Assembly (NCBI RefSeq): GCF_018977255.1 | Contig: NW_024704742.1 | Span: 73,162,001 to 73,226,000 of the forward strand | Direction: 5' to 3' | Source: Callorhinchus milii | Taxonomy: Eukaryota | Length of the DNA: 64,000 nt | The notes under the pieces: generated by a model | Told to the model about the DNA's origin: nothing | Database searches by the model: none | Seen by the model: only the letters and a program-made list of their open reading frames with translations | Shown here: in pieces, positions 52,676 through 64,000 of the stretch | How positions within the stretch are numbered: position 1 is the stretch's first letter | Layout of the letters: each line of letters begins with the position of its first letter | Program-made: the position numbers and the translations under genes

Positions 52676-53254
52676 AAGGGTTAAATTGCTGCATCATTTG
52701 AGTTACTAAGACAAACGTTTAATATAAAAAATGTTAACAATTTTTTTATAGTGCCTTATATGCTGAAACAACATAAAGTGCTTGAGAATTTTTGTCTTTT
52801 TTTTAGACAAACATGGCAGTAATTTACACCAGGAAAAACAGGCTCGAGTGGTATCACTGATTCACTTGTCACTGATTCACTTGACAGGACACTTGGTGAA
52901 ACTCCCTTCTCTTTTCAATAGTGCAATAAGATCTCCAATAGAACAGTTTCCACAGTTTGACATCTCATTCTAAAGACAGCACCTCCAGCTATCAGTCCTC
53001 CCTAGTACTATACTGAGTATCAGCCTAGATTACAAGCTTAGTTGGCAGTGCATTGTTCATTCATTGTTCAAATGAACAAATATTTCATTTTTCAAGTACA
53101 TTAAGAAATGAGATATGAAGAAGCTTCTAGTAAAGTAAGTATAACAAATTAAGCGACTATGGAAATAAGGAATGTTGACAAAACCATAGTCAAAATGATA
53201 CATTTTAGGAGGATTTTGAAGGCAAGGAACAGAAGTAGTCCTGGAACGAGGTGT

Positions 53255-54570
53255 CACGTCCCAGCTCCGCTTTCTCTCTCCCCATTCCCTCTTTGAACCT
53301 CTCCAATCCGGCTTCCGCGCTGCCCACAGCACGGAAACAGCCCTGGTCAAAGTCACTAATGACATTCTGAACATCTGTGCTCAGGGCTCCCTCTGCCTCC
53401 TTGTCCTCCTCGACCTCTCTGCTGCCTTCGACACTGTCAACTATTCCATCCTCATACACCGCCTCTCCTCTTTACTCAATCTTCACAGACCTGCCCTTGC
53501 CTGGTTCGATTCCTATCTCTCTCACTGTCTCCACTTTGTTGCCTCTAACAGTTTCTCCTCCAGCCCCCGCACTGTCACATCTGGGGTCAACTTCCACATG
53601 TATGTGGATGACACCCAACTCTATCTTTCTACCTCCACCCTCAACTCCAGGACCACTGCTGTCCTGACAGACTGCCTGTCTGACATCAAGTCCTGGATCA
53701 GGGCAAATTTCCTACAGTTGAATGTGAACAAGACTGAGGCCCTCCAGATTGGCTTGCGCCAGTGCCTCAGCACCTCAGGCTCTGGCAGCATCAACCTCCA
53801 TGGTTGCACACGACAGCTCACCAAGCCAGTCAGGAACCTTGGTGTCTTGTTCAACCCTCAACTGTCTTTTCTCCCCCACATTCAAGCCATGACCCGCTCT
53901 GCCTTCCCTCACCTCCATAACATCGCCCGACTCTGCCACTACCTCACCCCTCAGGCCGCTGAAACTCTTGTTCATGCCTTCATCACATCCAGGCTTGCCA
54001 ATGAAACCCCCTGCTTGTCGGCCTTCCCAACTCCTCCCTCCACAGACTGCAGATAATCCAGAACTCTGCAGCCCGTGTCCTCTCCCGCACCAAACTCCGT
54101 GACCCCATCTCCCCCACTCTCGCCCGACTCCATTGGCTCCCTATCCTTCAGAGGATCCAGTTCAAGATCCTGGTCCTCACTTACAAAGCCCTCCATGGCC
54201 TCGCCCCACCCTACCTCTGTAACTTCCTAACCTCCTAAACCCTTACCAACCCGCCCACTCCCTCCGCTCAGCGCCCTCTGTCCTGCTCCACGTCCCCTGA
54301 CCCACCCGCCCCACCATTGGTGAGAGAGCCTTCAGCCATTCTGCCCCCAACCTCTGGAATTCCATCCCCCAATCACTCCGCCTCGTCCCCTCCTTAGCCT
54401 CCTTCAAGTCCCGCCTCAAGACCCTCCGCTTCGACCATCAGCCAGCCCCCTCCCCTCCCTTTCCGCCCCCCCCAACCCCAGCTCGGGTCTGAAATACTGT
54501 ACACTGTCCAGCGCCTTGGGACGTCCTCCCGACGTGAAAGACACTATACAAACGTAATCTCGTTGTTGTA
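53255..54570 (+). mobile_element. L2 LINE ORF2 RT-to-3' fragment immediately upstream of the CISD2 promoter
   Basis: QSGFRAAHSTETALVKV, DLSAAFDTV, MYVDDTQLYL and QNSAARVL. Tail ends CTATACAAACGTAATCTCGTTGTTG. Confidence 0.93.
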
Positions 54571-54599
54571 GTGAATTATGTCCACAATGACAATGATTG

Positions 54600-55300
54600 T
54601 GCGTAAATATCACTCCCGGCTCACTGTCACTCATATATTTGAAATTCCCGCCCTCTCTCTGCGCCGGCGCTGTGAGCCGCGCTCCAGCCCCAATGAGAAG
54701 CCAACAACTGGAGGAGCCGAACTGGTGGGGCCTCACTGCGCATGCTCGCTGCGGCACAGCAGGAGAGAGCGAGAGAGAGAGCGCGTGCGCGGTGGGGGGG
54801 GGGAGGAGCACCGCCCACGTGATTAGCCCCGGGCTGAGGGCTCGTGCAGGGTCCGGGGGGGCGGAGCCACCGGGGACAGAGTCAGTACTGATGCTCGAGC
54901 GTTGCGCCTGCGCACTGTGTGTGAGCAGAGTCGGGGGGGACGATGGTGCTCGACTCCATCGCCAGGATCATTAAAGTGCAGCTGCCGGCCTACCTCCGCG
55001 GCCTCCCCGTCCCCGAGACGCTGGGCGGCTTTATCCGGCTGACAGGTCAGACTGCACGGCACAGGCCGGGCCGGGCTCTCGGGGCGGGAGAGGGAGCGAG
55101 GGAGGGAGCCGGGGAGGGCGGCCTGTGGGAGGAGGCGGGCGGGCGGGCTTCAGGCCCCGCGCTTGGGTCGGGAGGCTGCCGAGCTGCGGGCCCTGTGGCT
55201 GGAGCTGTGCCGCAGCCCTCACTGGACTGTCGGTCCTCGCGCGGTCACTCCGGCCTGTGCTGGAGCTGTGTTCACTGGGGCTCTCTCTGCTCTCTGCAGC
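54600..55300 (+). promoter_or_regulatory. CISD2 CpG-island promoter
   Basis: CpG-rich. NRF1-type motifs TGCGCCTGCGCA (54903-54914), GCGCGTGCGC (54781-54790) and TGCGCATGCT (54737-54746). E-box CACGTG at 54816-54821 and CCAAT at 54690-54694. Confidence 0.8.
54943..55045 (+). CDS. CISD2: CISD2 exon 1 (MVLDSIARIIKVQLPAYLRGLPVPETLGGFIRLT)
   Basis: ATG in good Kozak context (ACGATGG). 103 nt to donor ag/gtcaga. Matches the CISD2 N-terminus. Confidence 0.95.
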
Positions 55301-56134
55301 CCAGTGCCGTTTGCATGGTTTTGCCCACAACACGTACAATCCATTCACTTCACAGTTTATTCTGTGAAGGGCTTTGAGTTGTCCAGAAGGTGGGATCAGG
55401 AGCCTTATCAAATGCAAGGATTATTGTCAATACTATAATCTCAGGAATGTCAGGTCCATTGCTCGGGGCTCCTCTGCACACACTTTGAGTGAACAAAGTG
55501 AAACTTATTTTTTTGTAAACGCCCGGAATCATCTATATTACTCCCATCTTAATTTCTTTCAAATCAGGAAATATAATTGTGTGGGTCTGTCTGTGGGAAG
55601 TGATGTGGAGAATTGACTGCAATCGGTTGTCAGGGTGAAGCTTCAGAGCAGAATTGTGTCCTTATACAAACTCGAAAATGATCTTGACGAGAAGAATTGG
55701 ACAGGATCCTTTTGCTTAGAACTTGTGACATGTCTTGCGCTTCCAATATGCCTGGGTTATAGTTTTTCCTTGCAGCCACTTTTGGCCTTATAACAATTAA
55801 GAAGCTCGCCATGTCTGTGCTTGAACAAGGCAACGTTTACGTGATCAGCGTTGTCACAAATCTGTCCAGTTCCCATTTGAAATCGCCGAGAAATCCAGAG
55901 TTCATTGGTGAGAATTTTCAATTTCTGGAGTGACCCAGTAGCGGTTATGGTGTTGCTTTGATACTGACTGAAGACACTAATTAAAAAAAAATACATTGTT
56001 GCAATCTTACAGAAAATTTCATTAAGCAACTTTATTTTAAAGTAATTTGATGTGTACCTGGCTGAACAAACCAGTTCAAAGTAGGGAATTTACTATAAAT
56101 ACAAATGTGACTGCAGTGTATAAAGGCTTCACAA

Positions 56135-56569
56135 GTGTATTCCAGGGCACTTCTGATGACAGCACAGCCATCCTGGCTCATCGGTAGGACCTAGAAGGGC
56201 AGACCAGTCACTGGGGGCAGGGAGCCCCAACAGGTAGGGTGGTCCTAGCTGGACAAGCAGCAGGAAAGTTTGCCGCCCATCAATATCAATAGCAAGCAAT
56301 GCAGTTTTAGCTGGTTAGACTCCAGCAGTACCCCAAAGCACATTCTGGGGTCCTCAAGTCTTGGCTCTTGCCAACCTGTGCCAAATACGTTCTGAAATCA
56401 GGTAAGCAGGATGCGTCCCTCCAGGGAGAGAGTGTGCATTCCATTCCAACCATCTAACTCTGGGATTTCCATGTGCAGGTGGGATGCACGAACTCGCACT
56501 TTGGTTTGGATACTCTTAAGCATGGTGATGGGTTTCCGCATGTGTCAGACACTCAGCTGACCNAAAAAG
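56135..56569 (+). repeat. Family X repeat copy (5' part missing)
   Basis: CTGATGACAG...GGTTTGGATACTCTTAAGCATGGTGATGGGTTTCC...CTGACCNAAAAA. Confidence 0.75.
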
Positions 56570-56736
56570 ATCTGTTTCATTCCTCGCTTTCTGCCATTGA
56601 CGCGCACCCAATTTCTTAGTGAATGTATGTATGTCTATCTCTCTGTCTCTTTCTCTTTTCATGCCACCAACTCTTTCAGTCCTTCTGTGATGTCCCCCTC
56701 ATCTCTCTCTTTGTTATTCTCTGTATCTCTCTCAGT

Positions 56737-58085
56737 ATAAGACTATAAGACATAGGAGAGGAGAAGGCCATTAGAGCCCTCGAGCCTGCCCTGCCATTTA
56801 ATAAAATCATGGCTGATCTTCTAACTTAATTCCATTTACCAGCCCTATCCCCATATCCCTTAATCCCTCTATCCTTCAAAAATCTATCAATCTCAGATAT
56901 TCCATCCATTCACTACCCTCTGAGTGAAGAAATGTTTCCTCAACTCAGTTTGAAAAGGCTGACCCTTAATCTTGAGCCTATGACTTCTAGTTTTAGATTC
57001 TCCAACCAGGGGAAACAGTCTCACGGCATCTACCTGGTCAAGACCCTTAACAATCTTATAGGTTTATATCACATCACCTCTAATTCTTCTATATTCTAGA
57101 GAATATAATAATAAAAAAAAATAGGCCTAGTTTATTCAACCTATCCTCATAGGTCAACCCCCTCATCCCAGGAACCAACCTAGTGAATCTACGCTGCACC
57201 CCCTCTAAGGCGAGTATTTCCTTTCTTAAATAAGGAGACCACAACTGCACACAATATTTTGGAATGTTGTACACTGTGCAGTGCCTTGGGACATCCTCCT
57301 GACATGAAAGGCACTATACAAATGTAATCTTGTTGTTGTAGGTGTGGTCTCACCAAGGCCTTATACAACTGGAGCAAGACTTCCCTACTCTTGCATTCTA
57401 ACCCTGTTGCAACGAACGCCCACATGGCATTAGCCTTCCTAGTTGGTTGCTGTACCTGCATGTTAACTTTTGTTACTGGTGTACAAGGACATCCAAATTC
57501 CTCTGAACACTAATAATACCTAGTCTCTCCCCCTCTAGAAAATAATCCGCTTTTCTATTTTTACTACCTCGGTGAATAACTTCCCCACGTTATACTCCAT
57601 CTGCCACCTTCTTGCCCACTCGCCTAGCCTGTCTATTTACCTTTGCATTCTTTGTGTGTCTACCTCACAGTTTACTCTCCCACCTGTCTTCGTATCATCT
57701 GCAAATTTAGATATGTTAAGTTCGATTTCCTCATCTAAATCATTGATCTAGACAGTAAATAATTGAGGCCCAAGCACTGATCCTTGTGGCACTCCACTAC
57801 TCACATCCTGGCAATCTGAGAAGGACCCGTTTATCCCTACTCTCTCTTTTCTTCCTGTTAGCCACTCTCCAATTCATGCTAACATATTACCCTTAATTCC
57901 ATGGGCTCTAATCTTATGCAACAGCCTTTTATGTGGCACCTTGTAGAATGTCTTCTGAAAATCCAAATACACCACATCTACTGTTACATCCTCAATAAAG
58001 ATTTGTTAAACATGATTTCCCTTTTGTACAGCCATGTTGACTCTGCCTAATCGTGTTATGATTTTCTAAGTACCCCACGACGACA
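56737..58085 (-). mobile_element. CR1 LINE fragment (RT to 3' end), interrupted by a short L2 tail at ~57255-57340
   Basis: YCVQLWSPYLRKEILALEGVQRRFTRLVPGM. tcatctgcaaa is the FADD motif reversed. Tail (CTTATAGT/CTTATGT)-like at 56737. Confidence 0.9.
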
Positions 58086-58369
58086 TCTCTAATTAATCTG
58101 ATGTGATGTGTCTGATGTGCTACTGACTTTTTTTCTATCACTCTTTCTGTATGTGTCATTTCCTCTTAAAATAAATGTGCCCATCGCTAACCCCTTCCTT
58201 GTCTTGGTCAGTCCCTTATCAGGCTGCTGTGTTGCTGAGGGAGGCAGGGAGGGGAGTTGAATCAACGGCTCGCTCAGGGAGAAGTTTCTGTACAGCACCT
58301 GTGCCATGTTATCTGTTGTCTTTACGAGGCAAGATTTAGCATTGTGGGATCCTTGGGATTTGGGACATT

Positions 58370-58620
58370 AAGATTCAGAAAGAGCACTGGGATTGCAACC
58401 ACTTGTGTTGAGCTTGTAGAATGTGCTAAAACAACAGTAGGGGTTCTACAATTGGCCTCAGTGCAAGAGATGACTGGAGTTCCTGCTCCTCATCACTATC
58501 CAGTGACACCTGCAGCAAAGTGCAAATTAAGTGCTTCATGAAAATGAGGAATGGTCATGTGGCAAGATACCAGAGGGCTTCTGGCACCTATGGAACTGTG
58601 CCCTAGAATAAGGGAGGTAA
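58370..58620 (+). mobile_element. Second old, diverged SINE-like family
   Basis: CTACAATTGGCCTCAG...GTTCCTGCTCCT...CACTATCCAGTGAC. Related diverged segments at ~10030-10170, 30880-31130, 35240-35520 and 41770/42710-42890. Confidence 0.5.
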
Positions 58621-59504
58621 GCAAGTTCCTATTAAATACAAATTAGCATTTACTTTCTTTATTTTAATTCTTATTTAAATGCATGTAATGTTGGCACTAA
58701 TTGGAATGGGATTTTGCAGTTAGTTTTTCTAGCTTCAGGCAATTTATTTTCATGGGGGGTGGGTGGGGGTGCGAAGCGAAGCAGGGGCTCTTTGGAACTG
58801 AACTGGCACATTCCATTCCAAACATGAGAATTTCTGTCTTTAGGTGGCATGCAGGATCTCGGTCTGGTTTGGATACTGCAATATAGTGATGGGTTTCCTC
58901 GTGTATTAGACATCCATCTGGTTGACCAAAAAAAAATTCAAATGGAAATAAATTCTATCTTTCTAAATTGCACTTTAAGGTCTTGACCTGTCCTCATCAC
59001 TCTTCCCTGAACTCTTTCCTTTAGAGATAATGATGTGTTTTTTCAGTCATTTTATCTAGAAGTGACCTCACCAGTGATCTGCATGATGTCTGAACAACAT
59101 TTTGACTTGTTGCCCAGATGCATCCCAGTACTTGACAACCCTAGTTAACTAATGGGCTCAGAGTGATGTTATGAATTCTTTATGTAATCTCTCTCCATCA
59201 CTGTGGCTTTCAGTCCATCTGAAGCAATACCTGCAGCCATTAGGTTTTTCTTTTCTAATATGAAATTATACTTTTTATTAAATCCTGTGAAGCTCAAGAT
59301 TGCTCTTGTCTAAGTAGATTTTGGAAACTTTGCAACCGAGCCTAAACTTTGCAACTGTGAAAATATCAGTGATTGTTTGTAATCTGAAAACTATTTTTGA
59401 TTATAAACCTTTCAGGAGCATTTTATGTAGCTGTGAAAAAGTTTTCAAAGAAATGAGAGTATTTTGTTTCTAGCTGATTCTGCAGTGCAAAGACTTGTTT
59501 GGTC

Positions 59505-60322
59505 AAGCAACCATACTTTATATTTATATAATCTAATGCCTTTCACTTCAGGAGGATATCCCCAAACACTTCCCACAACTGATTGGGGAGCCTGAGCTGG
59601 GGGAGCAAAGGAGGGGAAAGGGCTGAAAGCATGGTCAAAAAGAGGCTTAAGTGGGGGTGGCAGGGGCAGGGAAGAGACATAATGGTTGAGGTACATGATG
59701 TTGTGGAGGTGAGGGAAAGCAGCGTAGTGAACCCAGACGTAAGGTTTGAAAGGCAGTTAGGGATTGAACAAGATAGGTTTTTCTTAACAAAGACACTGAT
59801 TCCGCACCAGCTCAGAGGTGAAATGAGCACCTGTGCAGATCAATACGGAAGTACTGATGGGAGCCAAGCAGGAGAGCCTCTATCTTATTGACATTGAGCT
59901 GTGGAAAATAAGAACTGATCTAGAATTTGATGGCTGATTTGAGTTGGTTAGAACTGCAATGGTCCTGGAATCAAGGGTAGAGACAAGAGAGATAGATTTG
60001 GGTGTCATCCACATACCCTTGCCCCCAGATGATATTGAGTAGGAGAATATAGATAGTGAAGCAAGGACTGAATAGAAATTCCTAAGGAACATCATGTGTG
60101 ACTATGGGATAGGAAGAGAAGGATTTGGAGGTGAGAAAGTGAAGACATTGGGATAGGTAAGAGTGAAGCTAGGAAAGGACAGAGCTGTGGAGGTAAAGAA
60201 GGGAGGAGAGGTGATGCAGCAGTCAACAGTAATGATGGCAGCAGAGAGAGCCCTGGTGGAGAGAATGTCATTGGTGATTTTAACCAGGGCAAGGGCAGTC
60301 TCATTGGCATGGGAGGATCAGA
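59505..60322 (-). mobile_element. Old L2 LINE fragment(s)
   Basis: Degenerate MWMTP/YxDD-region sequence, ETALAxVKITND-like segment and L2 tail. Confidence 0.65.
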
Positions 60323-60498
60323 CGCTGGTTTGGAGAGACTCAACAACAACTTGCATTTATATGCTGTCCTTCAAGTGGGGTGTATCCTGGAATGCAATTG
60401 GAGAGACTCGTAGTGTGAGGGGAAGGAGGAAGCAGGAGATGGAGAACATGTATGGGTCCAATGAGGGTTCTTTGAGAAAGGGGTAATGCTACAAGGAG

Positions 60499-60845
60499 AT
60501 AATAATAATACTTGCATTTGATATAGGGCCTTATTATGTCTGTCTCAAAGCGCTTCACAGAATATACTGTAAAGTGAATTGACTGTATATTTTGCGGGTG
60601 AAACGTAGTAGTCAATTGTGCACAGCAATGTCCAACAATCAGCCATGGATTGAAATGACCAATTTATTATTTTTTTTGAAGGAATTATTACCCCCGGAAA
60701 AGCGATCTGGGTTGCTACTTACTGCTAGGTTGACAGAGACATGTGGACTAAGGAAACTTGCCCAACATTTCTCCTTGCCGGAAATCAAACCCAGGTCTCT
60801 TGCTTGCGAGGCGAGTGCTCTAACCACTAAGCTACAGGACTCCAC
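60499..60845 (-). mobile_element. tRNA-derived SINE, full-length copy
   Basis: Reverse complement head GTGGAGTCCTGTAGCTTAGTGGTTAGAGCACTCGCCTCGCAAGC and (ATT)n tail. Confidence 0.92.
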
Positions 60846-62871
60846 AGTACTTCTTTACAGGTACTGTGAAAGGTTGATGATGTCACCTAGCAAGGGAGCG
60901 AGGAGATGAAGCTGGACGGACAGGAACAGTGTGAGAATAAAATCAAGAGAACAGATGATGGGTTTCATCCAAGAGGTGAAGGGGAGACTGAATCAAAGTT
61001 GGAATAATCCTTGCGTTTGATATAACTCTTCATGTTGGGAGGATGTCTCAAATCTCTTCACAGGATTTACTGTAAAGTACAGTGACTGTATTTGTTGGCG
61101 AATGTGGCAGCCCATTTGTGCACAACAATGTCCCACAAACAGCCATGAAGTCAGTGACCAATTTTATTTGGGAGGCTGATGACCAGCGCAACGGAAGAAA
61201 CTCCCTTTTTTCAAATAATGCCACAGGATCTGTAATTTTCCTGTGAACGGGCAGACAGGACCTCAGTTTAACATTTCATCAAAAGGACAGTCGGTACCTC
61301 TGAGAATGCAGAGCACCCCCAGCACTGCATTAGAGTGTCAGTCTAAAGTATATGAGTTGAAAGCCCCGGGTTTGAACCCTCAACCTTCTGAAGTTGTGGA
61401 ATGAGGTCTGACTAGGCTTGGGGAGGGTTCTGGTGGAGGTAACTGAGCTTGATTTTTGCCTTTAGAAGTCTCATCATGGACACCAAGCAGTTCATTATTA
61501 ATGTATCTTCACTTACACCAAGCAATTTTGAGCTTCATACAGAAGTTTGCTACGTTAAAGATATTGAGACTGCACCCAGTCACATTGTAAATTTCAAGAA
61601 GACTTTAATTAGAACAGGGATATATCTTACTTTGGTTAATAAAGATGCATTAAATTTAAATAAATCGTGGCTTATTTTAAAAAAAAGTGTTGCAGGGCCT
61701 TGAGCAAAACAGTTTAAAATTCAAATTCTGTTATCTCACGGCTGGCCTAGCAATTAAACAACGTTGCTGTTCTGGGAAGATCTTGGCTAGGTCCTATTAT
61801 AGGCAGAACCCGCACTAAAAACTTGATGGTGTTTTGTGTATGCAAAATTTTGCTCCGAAATGTGTAGCCTTTTTTCAAATGGATTGCTGGTGTAATGACG
61901 TAGAGTATTTATTCAGAATATCAAGGTTTTTTTTTAACATGGAAGATAATGCCATTTTAATTTGTGATTTTGGTGAGGTCTTATCTAGTTTCAACAGAAT
62001 TTTCTTTCTTTTTCTTAGCAATTTCTATTCCAATATTCTTGTAGTAATATGTTGTGAGAAACATTCTGATTGAAACTTTCTTGTATTGCTTAGCTTTGAA
62101 CTGCTGTTTACTGCTCCATTACCAGAAGTGAGCATTTTTCTTTGTTTTCCTGCCAACATCCATAATTCTTTTGGGACTTTCCAAAATTGGATCTCTTTTC
62201 ATCCAGTTCAGTACTCGAGATGAAGCATTTTGCGATGTCCAACTGCACAAAGATAAAACAAGAATGTTAATACTGTGCTTGTTTAATCTGAGGGACTGTT
62301 GTTTACTGCTCGTTTTACCCAGTGATACTCAAAAATGTGTGTGTATGGACAGCAGATTGATCAGATTTGCAATCTACTGCCCCCTCCTCCCCATCAAGTA
62401 GCTCTATTTGATATCTAAGCACTGGAGGATAATTAGCATCTGTGAAACCATTTCTTAATGTAAGACAGTGCCTTCAAGAAAGAGAAAACTTTAATGCTTT
62501 TTGAAAACTAGGGCTCTTGAATAGATTTGTCTGAGTGATGAACTTGTAGAGGTATATGAGATACTAAATAGGATTGAGCTAGTAAACCCAGAACATTACT
62601 TTTAGATATGTAAAGGGCAGGATAAGAGGACATAAGGTTCATGCTTGTGAAGGGCAATTTTAGAATAAAGCAGTGAAGTATTTCTTTATCCAAAGGGTAA
62701 TTAACAGCTGGAAGTTTGGATGCTGTAGTTGTTTNAAAAAAAGTTTGATTCTGCAATGAAAAAATTGTAGAATATAATAGAATATAATCTAAAAGGAGGT
62801 CAAATGAGCAGAAGGCCTTTGTCCATATTTCTTGCGATCTTGTTTTTTTTACTTATCTGACTATAAAAGTA

Positions 62872-63210
62872 CTGTATATGCAGAGGGAGCATATAGATAT
62901 AGAAGGGGACCAAGGACAGAGCCCTGAGGAACGCCGCACGAGACTGTGCGGGGGCTAGAGGAGAAGCCATTTGTGGAGATGAAGTGGAGGCGGTGTGAGA
63001 GGTACGATCTGAACCAGTCAAGGACAAAGCCGTGAAGGTCGAGGTAAGAGGAGAGGCGGTGGATGAAGATAGAGTAGTCGACGGTGTTGAAGGCAGCAGA
63101 GAGGACGAGGAGGCACAGGGAGCCCTGGTCACAGATGGACAGAATTTCATTTGTCACTTTGGCCGGGGCTGTTTCTGTGCTGCGGGCGGCACAGAAACCT
63201 GATTGGAGGG
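62872..63210 (-). mobile_element. L2 LINE RT fragment near the CISD2 exon 2 acceptor
   Basis: PLQSGFCAARSTETAPAKVTNEIL...SAAFNTVD...[12 protein letters not shown]. Confidence 0.88.
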
Positions 63211-63296
63211 GTAAAACATAGTAAGCAGACATGCCTGCTTCTTAATTCTTCTATTTTATCACTGTTTCTAATTAAATCTTCTTCTGTGGTCTACAG

Positions 63297-63511
63297 TTGT
63301 AGAATGGTTACGATTACTGCCTTTTCTTGGAGTTCTTGCATTGCTTGGATACCTAGCAATTCGGCCCTTCATTCATCGAAAGAAACAACAGAAAGACAGC
63401 TTGATTAATCTAAAAATTCAGAAGGAAAATCCCAAAGTGGTAAATGAAATAAACATTGAAGATCTGCATCTCACCAAAGCAGCCTACTGCAGGTGTTGGC
63501 GCTCAAAAACG
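63297..63511 (+). CDS. CISD2: CISD2 exon 2 (VEWLRLLPFLGVLALLGYLAIRPF...KAAYCRCWRSKT): TM helix and first two Cys of the CDGSH motif
   Basis: Acceptor ggtctacag and donor gtatgt. 215 nt, in frame with exon 1 (318 nt total). Exon 3 (FPACDGSH) is outside the window. Confidence 0.97.
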
Positions 63512-64000
63512 GTATGTCATTGGAGGGATTTGGGGGTAGATTGCAGGAGGTTGCATTTTATTATGATTAATAAAAATCCTTGGATTTCATATAGTGCAAT
63601 TCTGGAGGACATTCTGGAGTGCTTCATAGGATATGCTGTCAAGTGTAATGATTATTTTGTAGGCAAACGTTTAAAACTTCTGTAGATTAATATCTCCCTA
63701 GTTTCCCACAGCGGATTAACATATTGTGTGATGAAGTTCAAACTAGTTCAATGAGTAGCAAGCCTACATACCTTATCTTGTTCTTTAGAAATGTGGTTTA
63801 TCGTTCAAAATCAAGTGTTTAAGAACATTTTTTAAAATGATTTTCCATTTCATGTATGAACTGAGATATCACGTCAGTAGATGGTTTCAAGTGGGGAATA
63901 TGACAGCTAAGCCCAATCAAATACTTTATTTAATTTACAGTTCTTTAGGTAGCAACTGATTAATGTTAATGCTGGATACATTTTTCTTTTTACTCCTTCC

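Noticed and set aside
52854..52883. 15-bp tandem duplication TCACTGATTCACTTG x2 (and AAGCATCATAC x2 near 19156)
   Set aside because: Ordinary slippage or repair micro-duplications; no array structure.
54943..55377. 144-aa ORF taken as a single-exon gene
   Set aside because: CISD2 similarity ends at the donor after 55045; the remainder is intron read-through. The same applies to ORF 63341-63685 beyond 63511.

Overview
Eukaryotic (vertebrate) genomic DNA. The repeat content (tRNA-head/Deu-type SINEs, L2, CR1 and Tx1 LINEs) suggests a cartilaginous fish, which is an inference. Two protein-coding genes face away from each other. (1) A complete UBE2D3 (UbcH5c, ubiquitin-conjugating E2) lies on the minus strand: 7 coding exons from 36876 to 9081 (24+64+32+78+106+94+46 = 444 nt, 147 aa, HPN motif and catalytic Cys85). 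It also has a duplicated alternative final coding exon at 11975-12023 (YNRLAREWTEKYAML*), a multi-PAS 3'UTR and a CpG-island promoter. (2) The first two coding exons of CISD2 (NAF-1/Miner1, 2Fe-2S CDGSH protein) lie on the plus strand at 54943-55045 and 63297-63511; exon 3 is beyond the window. The rest is intronic or intergenic DNA rich in retroposons. Most ORFs in the supplied track are spurious or are LINE fragments. No convincing novel biological system was found. The best leads are splicing features of UBE2D3 (duplicated last exon with an RBFOX motif cluster, a candidate poison exon, a candidate micro-exon), two near-perfect 50-bp intronic hairpins, an unassigned ~600-bp A-tailed repeat family, and a diverged duplication flanking the CISD2 promoter.
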